Of a DNA stretch of 64,000 bases, positions 53,391 to 64,000 are shown in pieces. Under the pieces are notes generated by a model. That model was not told where the DNA came from. It searched no databases and was given only the letters and a program-made list of their open reading frames with translations. The stretch's first letter is position 1. Every line of letters begins with the position of its first letter. A program made the translations under genes and the position numbers. The DNA comes from the human T2T-CHM13v2.0 reference genome, Homo sapiens: assembly GCF_009914755.1 (NCBI RefSeq), contig NC_060927.1. One strand, 5' to 3'.

Positions 53391-55393
53391 AGGATCAGTG
53401 TTTTTAAAAGCAATTTATTTTTAAAAAAGGTCTAAGGTCTACCAGTCCTTGGGCTACATGCCTATTTCATGTTGGCTGGGGCCTTGCTCTGGCATAAGTA
53501 TTGACTTTCCTTCAGTATCCAGGGTGAAGGAATGTTGACACTCTGGTGATAGTGGCTGAGGGAAAGGAGAGTTCTGGAAGCTTTTGTATCAACATAAATC
53601 CCTCAGCCCGTAGTAATGCATGCCATATTCTGTTACAACTCATAGGCCACAACAAGTCACATGCCACACATAACCACAAAGAAGTCAGAAGGCAATCTAG
53701 CTATGTTTCTGGAAGGAGGGGACCACCACAAACATTCGGCAAGCACCAATAATGATTATCCATATACTACCTGCAAATCTAAAACCCCAATTTAGGTTCC
53801 ATTGCTACCAATCTTACTTAGTCTACATGCTGACTTAACTCCATATTTTAAGTATTGACTTTTTAAAGAATTGCATCCAGCATTTGGCCTTATTCTTTAA
53901 GCAGAGTTATCTTTTATGTGTTATTGATGTGTTTTTCTTTTAAGGTGTTTTGTCTTAAGTCAAAACAAACTCTAGTGAATATGTCATTAGTTACTAAGCC
54001 TAATAATTATAACATTGATTCAACAGGATTAAAATTTATGCATGAGATTCTGCTATCAGGTTTTTCAGGGAGATGTTCTGTGACTCCAAGACTTACAGTT
54101 TCTGTGTTTTGCATGTCATTTTACAAATATACCAGAGAATAGACTGTGAGTCATAGAATTCTAACATCATAGGGTTGACAGGGAAGTGTTAAAAAATATA
54201 TCATCTATTTCTTATATTTTGACAAGATTGTACACAAGGCATTATATATCAAGCCATTGAGGATGGGAGGGCAGACAGAGAAAATTATTTCCCAAAATTG
54301 TTTCATTCAATTCATCATAGAGCAAGGTTGTCCCATATAACTGCTGTAGGGAATGTGGGTAGGGTTTGTCTTGTGAAAAATAAACTTATTTTTGGCCTTC
54401 TTTTTGCTTAAATTTCAGTAGCATGTTTTCTCTTTACAACAATTTTCAAATGAATCTACTTGGAAGTTTCGTATTTATCTCATTAGCAAAATTAGTATTG
54501 TGTAAGTTCATAAATATTCTGAATAATAATAAAAATGAAAATAAAACAATGTGGTATAGGGAGAAGAAAGCTGGATCACATTACTGTGATCCCTGAAGTG
54601 CCTTAATGTCTTCAAAGCCTCAGTTTCCTTCTCCGTACAATGGAGGAAACAAAATAAACCTTTTGCAAATTAATAATATGAACTTGGAACTACACAAAGG
54701 TCTTATTTGCAGAACAGTCTTAGAATAACTACATAAATAGAAGCATGGTAAGTGTAACTGTACATAAACAAGCACACAATTTTAAATGGAAATTAAATTT
54801 TATTATTCAGACCACATTGATTTTATCTGATCAATCTACTCTCACATATTTGAGTTACAAGGTCTGAGGGTGAATGGTATTGTGTGATGAATTCCAACAA
54901 GTCTGGGCTTTACTTAATCAAATTTTACAGCATTGGACCAAACAGTAAATGCTGGTGAAGTTGATTCCTTTGTCTCTCCTTAACTTTGAGACACTTAATC
55001 AAATAAAATCATAAAATTTAAAAGCTAGAAGTGACTTTGAATTCATATCCTCTAATCCTTTCACTCACATTTTTTAAAACTGGGCTGTTATCAGTTAGGA
55101 ATTTTATTCAACTGCTAGTGAAAGATTTTTGAAAGTTAATGCTGTATACAAATTATAAATATATACCTCCAATGTTTTTGCAAGTTTCTTGGCCTTCCCT
55201 ACGTAATTGGCTACATGGATGGCAAGGTTTGCACAGCGTCTTATTTTTAGAATAATAAGAGTGACATTCAACAAAGAAAGCTGATTTAAAAAAGAAAGAA
55301 AAGAATGATAAAAGGCAAAAGGGTAAGTGGCTGATAAGTTTGTCTCGTCTTAAAAAGAGCCAGGGTTTTTTGCTTGTAACTTATTGCCCAGCA

Positions 55394-57454
55394 TTTTTTT
55401 TTTGAGGTTTCAATATTTTATTCAAGTTTCTGTAAGTGATGTTAATTACAGCATTTGAAGGGGAGGATATAATTCCACACAAAATGGAAGACTTTAAAAT
55501 GTACCCATTAAACTGCTAAAAAACAAATTGAGTGATGAGAATACAAAAGAAGTCCAATTTAGATTCTGAGTGTTGTCACCATGTGATTACAATCACGCAG
55601 ACTCTTCCAAGCTTATAGCTGGAGCTCCTGGAAGCTATTTCTTACTCTGGTGCAAGGACAAAAAAACACAATACAGGAAGGAATAAGTCCTGAATTATTG
55701 GCTTCATCACATCCACCTTCTCCACCCCAAAATGGCACGGAAGAAACAGTGACCACACCCTGCAGACCATTTGGTGTAAAAGAGGTGACGACGATGAACT
55801 GCGGTGGGAACAGGTCATGAAGATCTGTATAAAAAAGTCTCATTCAGATGAGTTTGTAACACTGTCAAGCAGTGAGCCTCTCATCAGTTAGGGTTAGGAA
55901 ACCAAGGTTCGATTCTCAGGAAATCACAGTTTCATTAATTTACTCAATATGAATTTACAAAGTGCCTACATATTACCAGCTACCACTTGAAGGCATTTCT
56001 AGATAAAAAAGAAACTTGGCATCTCACAGGGGCTACCGAGTTCCCCCCAAGTCTACTACTGAAAGGATCTTTTTTGGAAATGGGTTTCTTCTGTACCTCT
56101 GAAAGGGTAACATCTTAAAGCAGAATCATCTTTAACCTTGAGGTCTAACATATTTAGCAATACTTGCATCCCAGTCATACAATATTAAAAGGTACACTAA
56201 ATTCTGAAGGTAGCTATGCTGCAAAATAGTTTAAATTAAACAATTGTATGGTATCCATTCATGCTTGAAATTTCAGTCCTAGACCAAGCTTGTGGCCACC
56301 AGCCTTGACGTTCTTGCCATCCAGGAGAGCTGACAGTGTCAGTTTGATACCTGGCTGCAGGGTCTGAGTGTATCCTAAACCTATCAGGCTGGAGTTGTTC
56401 ACTTTAGTGGAGAAGCAGGCATGAGGGTCAGTCTGATACTTGGCTGCTGTTCCGAAGCGCGTGTTACTGTTTCCTGCTGTCCAGACGAGATTGACAGCGG
56501 TCTCCAACTTCTTGTTCACCTTCTGGTAAATGGAGCCGCCAAACTCTGTCCCGTCATTCACAGTAGTGTGAAGCTGGAATTCATCAGTCCTGTAGCCAAC
56601 TGCAAAGTTGCTCTGGGTCACTCAGGAAGGACTTTGCAGTCTCAAAACGCATCTGGTACCCAGCCAGCCAGCCCTGTAACCCGGCACTAGAGCACCCCGG
56701 ATGGAAGGCCCAGCAGTGTGGAAATCCACGTCACAGCCCAGGTTAATGTGCTCCCACTTGCACCCTGTCTTGATTTTAGCATTTTTTTTTTCCCAGTGTT
56801 AGGTGACGAGGATGAATGCAAGGTCAGCCTCAGGCCACGTGCAAGCTGACCGTCCACGCTCATCTCGGTGCCTAGTGTATTGTCGGGGTTCCATTTCTCC
56901 GTAGACCTCGAGCCATAGTCAGTCCATCGGTACCTGGTTTCCAGACTGCCCGTCACTTTGGTGGTCTCAGTGTTGGCTGAGCCTGAGCTTGTAAACTCCG
57001 ATCCATCCTCAGATTTCGTTTTCAAATCAAGCTTTATTAAGCCAATCCATAGCCCTTGGTGAAGACATCCCTAGCAGATTTGCCAAGATCGGCATACGTG
57101 GGTGGCACAGCCGTCTTCTGCTCAAAGGTGGCGGCGGGCTCTGCGGGGGCTGCTGGTTGCTGCTGGGGGGCTGCTGGGGGGGCTGCTGGGGGGCTACTAG
57201 GGGGCTGCTAGGGGTGCTGCTGGGGGGCTGCTAGGGGGGCTGCTGGGGGGGCTGCTGGGGGGCTGCTGGGGGGCTGCTAGGGGCGCTGCTGGGGGGCTGC
57301 TAGGGGGGCTGCTGGGGGGGCTGCTGGGGGGCTGCTGGGGGGCTGCTAGGGGGCTGCTGGGGGGCTGCTGGGGGGGCTGCTGGGGGGCTGCTGGGGGGCT
57401 GCTAGGGGCGCTGCTGGGGGGCTGCTAGGGGGGCTGCGGCGCCAAGGCAGGGAG
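55394..57454 (-). pseudogene. VDAC1: Processed pseudogene of VDAC1 (possibly VDAC1P7, not verified); CDS-homologous part 56259-57114
   Basis: Fragment translations match VDAC1 ([26 protein letters not shown]; [42 protein letters not shown]...[12 protein letters not shown]); intronless; start codon ACG instead of ATG at 57114; several frameshifts; 3'UTR with AATAAA (55417-55422), poly(A) at 55394-55403; TSD ttgcccagcatttt / ttgcccaacatttt. Confidence 0.97.
57145..57437. repeat. G-rich minisatellite (GGGGGGCTGCT(A))n, ~26 copies
   Basis: Directly visible 11-12 bp unit inside the pseudogene 5'UTR. Confidence 0.97.
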
Positions 57455-57503
57455 TTGCCCAACATTTTAATATAAGGCTCCACATTGCGAAGAAGGTGGG
57501 GTG

Positions 57504-57840
57504 ATTTATTTTATTTTATGTTATTTATTTATTTTATTTTATTTCATTTTATTTTAATTTTATTATTTTTTTGAGACAGGGTCTTGCTCTGTCGCCCAGG
57601 CTGGAGTATAGTGGCATAGTCTCGGCTCACTGCAACCTCCGCCTCCCGAGTTCAAGCGATTATCGTGTCTCAGTCTCCTGAGTAGCTAGAATCACAGGCA
57701 CCTGCTATTTTTGTATTTTTAGTAGAGATGGGGTTTCGCCATGTTGGCCCGGCTGGTCTTGAACTGCTGACCTCGGGCGATCCGCCCACCTCAGTCTCCC
57801 AAAGTACTGGGATTACAGGCGTGAGCCACCACGCCCAGCT
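57504..57840 (-). mobile_element. Alu (Jb/S type) with (TTTTA)n tail and short internal deletion
   Basis: gagacagggtcttgctctgtcgcccagg...gtgagccaccacgcccagct. Confidence 0.94.
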
Positions 57841-58099
57841 AGTAATGTAGTTTTATGACTGATCACCTTATGTACTCTTCCAATTCTCAACTTCTATTAA
57901 TAAAAAATAAAAGAATATAGATAATGCATTAGAAACATCTGCTGCAGGGAACTGTTTTACCATTACAGATAACGTTATGAATACAAGTATTTCTGTTATT
58001 TATATTTGCCATTATGTCTGTTCTGGAATATTATCAAACCAGAATTATAACTAGCAAGAGACTATATAAATTAAAATCACACATTTTAAAGTAAAACTG

Positions 58100-58290
58100 A
58101 AGTTGGTTCAAACTAGGACTCCACCACTTGAGCAAACTACTTAGCACAAATTACTTAAACCTCGATGTTCTCATCTATAAAATAAGGGGTTTACAAGGTC
58201 AACTACTAAATTAGATAATACATGTAAAGTGAAATGCCTAAATACAATGCCTAGGATACAGTAATTGCCCTGTAAGTTGTAAGTGCTACC
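58100..58290 (+). mobile_element. MIR
   Basis: ggttcaaactaggactccaccactt...ctcatctataaaataagggg...aatgcctaggatacagtaa. Confidence 0.7.
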
Positions 58291-59995
58291 ATGAACCAGC
58301 CAATGATCTCTACTACATACTATGATTGAGAAATTAAAGATGGTTGAAATTTTATATAAATCGATGTCAAGGTAATATTATTTATGAAGTTATTGTACTT
58401 CAGGTCATCATGATTGCTTTAGTGCATTTGAGACTCTTTTCTTAGATGACAATGGTTCTAATCCATCTTCTATCAAAGTCTCTATTTCTCCATTTAAATC
58501 TGGCAGATCCGTCTTCTAGAGACATGACCAAGTCAATGATTTTGATTAGTCTGTGCTCCTTACCCAATATTACAATACCTGGAAAGTAATTATGTTTCTA
58601 TTTTTCATTTTAATCTGCTCTTACCATATTGACAATATGGGCAATGGCTAAGTCCATTATGAGTTTAATTGCTTTATGTGCCAGGTGTTCGGAAGTTCAT
58701 TCTTTGAATCTAATGAAAGTAAAAGATAAAGTCACAGAACTCTGGTTCATTTTATGCATACATTATTCTAACTTTGGATAAAGAATTAATCATTCTTTTA
58801 CATCCTGTATTGTTTAATGTCTCCCTTGCCCAGAAATAAGGATTTTTATCACAGTGACTTCAGTCACTGATGAGGCATACATACAGAAATCTCCTGTTAA
58901 GTAAGATTAGAATTTGTCTTTGGGCCTTTTTAAAGTTTCTGCAAACTGATAACCCAATTTCTCATGCTGATTGACAGAACAACATTGAATATCTAAGTAG
59001 TCTAGGCCTTTGTCTGGTCATTAGAATTTGTCCTTTTGAGGACCATTGGCTGGAAACTTTATACTACAATTGAGTGTGCTATGAGTAAGACAGCTTCAAT
59101 TGAAGCCTCTGAAGAGGAAAGGAAAATAACAAAGAAGACGCTTTTGTATCTTTTTCCATTATCAATAACGTCAATATAGAACATGCCTTTTTTCATGTGA
59201 AACTTCAATATGAACTTATTCAAATGACACTCTGGCTATGTCGTAATGTCTGCATTCTCCAGGTATATATGAAACAGATTTTAATGGATGTTGGGTGGCT
59301 TCCATTCACCCTTTCATATTTGAAAATGCACTTAGAAACTCTGTTGAGAAAGTTGCTTATGCTATTGGTCCTCCTTTTCTGTTGTTGTTCAGTCTGCCCC
59401 CAAGTGGTAGAGAGCCTAAAAACCCAAAAAGATAACAACGTGGTCAATCCATGACTTATCAGCTGCAATTGTATGCCTGATTGATTTTTGTTGCTATACA
59501 ACAGCTGAACAATTCGAAATTTATCACATGGAATATGAATTCACCTGTTCAAATCATGGTAGTATAATAATTCTTGAAATTGCAGCTGCATATTTTAATT
59601 CATTACACCAAGTAAATAAACTTCAAGACATTCAGCCACCATTCATGAAATAGATTTCTAAAGGCTTATGTGGGGATCATTTTCTTTCTCTTACCCTCTA
59701 CCCTCTTGTTTTAAAACTCCTCTCCCCACCATGGCCTTATACTGGAAGACATTTTTACTCTTGATTTCTAGCAATTGCTGGCTGGTATTGTTGAGTTTTA
59801 ATATTTCAGTGTGATTCAGAGCTCTGACCATTTTCAAGTTCTTAGGAGCCCTCTCTTGTCTCATTTTTAAACATGGCCTTTGGGGAATGACAGTGATTGT
59901 GACAGATGGTAAAGGAATAAGATTGCACTTTGGCGCTGCTTCTGTCTTTGCCTCTTGATCTTTTCCCACTTTCTCAAGGCAAATTATAGATTTCC

Positions 59996-60262
59996 TTTTG
60001 CCTCTAGAGGGACGCAAATTGCAGTTGCCAGTTATATGGTTCTTTGTTTCTCTTTCTAGCTCTTAAAAAAAAAAAGAAGGGCTCTTATTTAATTAAACAT
60101 TGTCATTACATTTATTGTTGATGAAAGGTACTGATTTGTATGTTGGCCAAATATCTGACCAGACAAGGGAGAGGACTTGTTGAACTACAGGCAAAAAAAG
60201 AAAAAGAAAAAAGAAAAAAAACTTTTGTTGCGTTTGAAGGTAGCTTCCCTCTAGTGGCAAAA
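59996..60262. promoter_or_regulatory. Pair of convergent CTCF-like motifs
   Basis: ttttgcctctagaggga (+, 59996-60012) and ttttgccactagaggga (-, 60246-60262) resemble the CTCF core CCACTAGAGGGC. Confidence 0.4.
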
Positions 60263-60590
60263 ACTGGTACTTCACTTGTAGACTACAAGCGATTTAAAAA
60301 AATATATTTTTTGTTATCTCTTTTTAAAACATTATCTGATATGTGTAATGTACATATCACACATTTTAATGAATGTGGCTTGCAACTAAAATCGAGTTTC
60401 CTAAAAAGTTTAGAAATCTTTTCAGTTACCAAATTCATAATCTTAGGTATGCAAAGTAGGCAAGGTACTTTACTGTCCATTTTGTTCTTCAGTAATCCCA
60501 CACATACAACACACAATTCCAGATGAAAGGATTCTAGTTGACTAAGAAGATAGTTAATAAAGGGGTTTTAGATTTTTTTCATAATTTATT

Positions 60591-60646
60591 GGGTCGGAGT
60601 TAACTCAAGCGGTTACCTCCTCATGCCGGACTTTCTATCTGTCCAT
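60591..60646 (+). pseudogene. VTRNA2-1: 3'-truncated (tailless) retrocopy of nc886 / vault RNA 2-1 (5' 56 nt)
   Basis: gggtcggagttaactcaagcggttacctcctcatgccggactttctatctgtccat matches the nc886 5' half as I recall it, with one G>A change; TSD cataatttat at 60580-60589 and 60644-60653. Confidence 0.9.
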
Positions 60647-60741
60647 AATTTATCAAAGGAGTGTGAAGGAATTATAAAGTATCGCATAAATTTGGGTGGT
60701 GGGCATATTGCTGTACTTCTCTGTGTATTAGAAATATTTTA

Positions 60742-61054
60742 GGCTGGGCACAGTGGCTCATGCCTTTAAACCCAGCACTTTAAGAGGTCAAGGTGGGAGG
60801 ATTACTTGAGCCTGGGAGTTCAAGATCCGCCTGGGCAACACAGGGAGACCCCATCTCCACAAAATATTAAGAAATTAGCCGAGCATGATGGCACACACCT
60901 GTGGTTCCAGCTGCTTGGGCGGTTGAGATAGGAAGATCACTTGAGCCCAGGAGTTCGAAGCTGCAGTGAGCTGTGATTATGCCACTTCACTCTCCAGCCT
61001 GAGTGACAGAGAGAGAGACCCTGTCTCAAAAGAAGAAAAAAAGAAAAAAGAAAA
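60742..61054 (+). mobile_element. AluJ, full length
   Basis: ggaggattacttgagcctgggag...gatcacttgagcccaggagttcgaagctgcagtgagc; A-rich tail. Confidence 0.95.
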
Positions 61055-62234
61055 GTTTGATACTGGAAAAATTTTAGAGAGAGGCGATAGAATCACTAGA
61101 TAGTTAAAATTTAAGTATTAGAATTTAAAGGGCACTAGAGATTAGTTGAGTGTTACAGTTTTAACTTGAACTTATTCGTTCACATTCATGTAACCACTAC
61201 AAAAGGATTTAAGCAATGCCAAGAATGAGCTATAATTTAGACAATGTGCAGGAAATACAAGGACAACTAAGACGGGCAAGCGGCAAGTGAACCGAGAACT
61301 GTGCAAAGAGATGAGTACTAATGGAAATATGTACAACAAACTAAGAGAGTACACCAAGGACAAAGTGGCCCTTTGTTTGAGACGGATGAAAGGACAGTTA
61401 AGTACAGAAGATAAGTGTAAATGATCAAGAGTTTGGGCACAGTGCACGGGTATTTTCCATGCACATAGCACCATGGGAAGTGGTTCTGAGCAATCAGGAG
61501 ATAACAGGGCTTCAAGTATGGAAGGCTTAAATGGAGAGAGCTGAGGGAGACTTGTTGTTAATAACTTTGCTAGAGCAAGTCCTAAGCAGGCACTGTTTTA
61601 TACCATAATAAATAATCAAATGAGAGAATATGAGGTTTGGTTCCCCAGGCTCCACACGTGACTATGAATAATCTTATAAATAATAGACTTATTCACAAAA
61701 CACAAGATAGTCTAGAATAACCGAATGAAATGATGTTTTTGTGCTTCTTTGACTTCCTACCAAACATAGTGTTCCTTGGAAGGAATTATGTTTGACACTG
61801 TATTGTATGACTGGAAAAAAATCTATAATGAAGAGGTGCTCACATATGAAGTAGCACTGAGAAAGTTCGCTTCAACAGAGGTCTGGTGATGGGAGAATTA
61901 AGCATAATCAAAAGTTCTAGTTGCATTCTGAAGTCAATTTCAAGTTGTCAGTCCTAATTGGGAGTGGGGTTTGTCTAACATAATGCTTAAGACATTTTTT
62001 GGTGGCAAAATTTCTCAATTTAAAGGAACATGATACAAGCTCAGAAAAAATGCAGCAAATTGATGACTAAGACCTAGGTAATCTGTAAGTAAGGAAATGG
62101 GATGTCAGGAGAGAAATTGACATTTGTTTAGATAATATCCACACTTGGTTGGATGGACTATATTTTATAGATATTTTCATTCTTGAATATTTTAGTTTCT
62201 AAGATCTTTATTATGAAACAAGAACATAGGTCTA

Positions 62235-63887
62235 ATATATATGTTATATGTTTATTTATATATAATATATTATATTATACATATGTATTATAATATATTA
62301 TGTAATATATTATATTATACATATGTATTATAATATATTATGTAATATATTATATTATACATATGTATTATAATATATTATATAATATATTATATTATAC
62401 ATATATTATGTATTATAATATATTATATATTATGGATAATATAATATATTATATTATATTATGGATAATATAATATATTATATTATATTATGGATAATAT
62501 AATATATTATATTATATTATGGATAATATAATATATTATATTATATTATGGATAATATAATATATTATATTATATTATGGATAATATAATATATTATATT
62601 ATATTATGGATAATATAATATATTATATTATATTATGGATAATATAATATATTATATTATATTATGGATAATATAATATATTATATTATATTATGGATAA
62701 TATAATATATTATATTATATTATGGATAATATAATATATTATATTATATTATGGATAATATAATATATTATATTATATTATGGATAATATAATATATTAT
62801 ATTATATTATGGATAATATAATATAATATATTATATATTATGGATAATATAATATATTATATTATGGATAATATAATATATTATATTATGGATAATATAA
62901 TATATTATATTATGGATAATATAATATATTATATTATGGATAATATAATATATTATATTATGGATAATATAATATATTATATTATGGATAATATAATATA
63001 TTATATTATGGATAATATAATATATTATATTATGGATAATATATTATATTATGGATAATATATTATATTATGGATAATATAATATATTATATTATGGATA
63101 ATATATTATATTATGGATAATATAATATATTATATTATGGATAATATATTATATTATGGATAATATAATATATTATATTATGGATAATATATTATGGATA
63201 ATATAATATATTATATTATGGATAATATATTATGGATAATATAATATATTATATTATGGATAATATATTATGGATAATATAATATATTATATTATGGATA
63301 ATATATTATATTATGGATAATATATTATATTATGGATAATATATTATATTATGGATAATATAATATATTATATTATGGATAATATATTATATTATGGATA
63401 ATATAATATATTATATTATGGATAATATATTATATTATGGATAATATAATATATTATATTATGGATAATATAATATATTATGGATAATATATTATATTAT
63501 GGATAATATAATATATTATGGATAATATATTATATTATGGATAATATAATATATTATGGATAATATATTATATTATGGATAATATAATATATTATGGATA
63601 ATATATTATATTATGGATAATATATTATATTATGGATAATATATTATATTATGGATAATATAATATATTATATTATGGATAATATATTATATTATGGATA
63701 ATATAATATATTATATTATGGATAATATATTATATTATGGATAATATAATATATTATATTATGGATAATATATTATATTATGGATAATATAATATATTAT
63801 ATTATATTATGGATAATATAATATATTATATTATATTATGGATAATATAATATATTATATTATATTATGGATAATATAATATATTAT
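62235..63887. repeat. AT-rich compound VNTR (40-bp units, then 29/24/19/14-bp ATGGATAAT-based units)
   Basis: Period 40 (62281/62321), 29 (62432/62461/62490), 24 (ORF repeat MDNIIYYI), shorter 19- and 14-bp units further on. Confidence 0.97.
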
Positions 63888-64000
63888 GTATGTTAATACT
63901 ATGTAACATATATATTACAATTATAAAAAAAGTGTATGTAATTACTTGTATCAAATAGTGTTTTATCTGACTCCCTCCATGTCCATAAACATATTTCCCA

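Larger units (their letters stand above)
52672..53762 (-). mobile_element. MLT1-type MaLR LTR interrupted by L1MA and Alu
   Basis: ctcaggatgggttag...aaacagtcccaaaagttcagtgg and ctcataggccacaacaagtcacatgcc...caataatgattatcca. Confidence 0.6.

Noticed and set aside
56259-57025. VDAC1-like ORFs as a functional gene
   Set aside because: Start codon lost, several frameshifts, poly(A) and TSD: processed pseudogene
58852-58869. 8-bp stem palindrome cagtgact-tc-agtcactg
   Set aside because: Too short to distinguish from chance; no supporting context
59197-60526. Cluster of overlapping 60-128 aa ORFs
   Set aside because: No recognisable protein similarity, many non-ATG starts, composition reflects AT-rich DNA
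60591-60646. Functional vault RNA gene
   Set aside because: B box, 3' stem and terminator are missing and the A box is mutated; treated as a retrocopy
62840-63058. ORF (MDNIIYYI)n
   Set aside because: Artefact of a 24-bp repeat unit being a multiple of 3

Overview
Primate (very probably human) AT-rich genomic DNA with no protein-coding exon I can support; it looks like the inside of a very large intron or a gene desert. It is dense in interspersed repeats (Alu, FLAM/FRAM, L1, MIR, L2, THE1/MST/MLT LTRs, MER DNA transposons). Main landmarks: (1) a ~6.75 kb array of a 53-bp unit (~127 copies, 29208-35960), most units carrying a + strand 5' splice-donor-like motif (NGG|GTAAGC); (2) a full-length processed VDAC1 pseudogene on the - strand (55394-57454) with target-site duplication (TSD) and a G-rich minisatellite expanded inside its 5'UTR; (3) a 56-nt tailless retrocopy of the 5' half of the vault-like RNA nc886/VTRNA2-1 with a 10-bp TSD (60591-60646); (4) a ~200-bp, ~92% identical inverted repeat (2744-2947 / 3795-4004); (5) a ~1.65 kb AT-rich modular VNTR (62235-63887). 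From unverified memory, a VDAC1 pseudogene (VDAC1P7) lies in a ROBO2 intron at 3p12.3, which may be this locus; only a BLAT search can settle that. Repeat subfamily calls are by eye from remembered consensus sequences and need RepeatMasker/Dfam confirmation. Apart from the VDAC1 fragments, the ORF-track entries are judged spurious.
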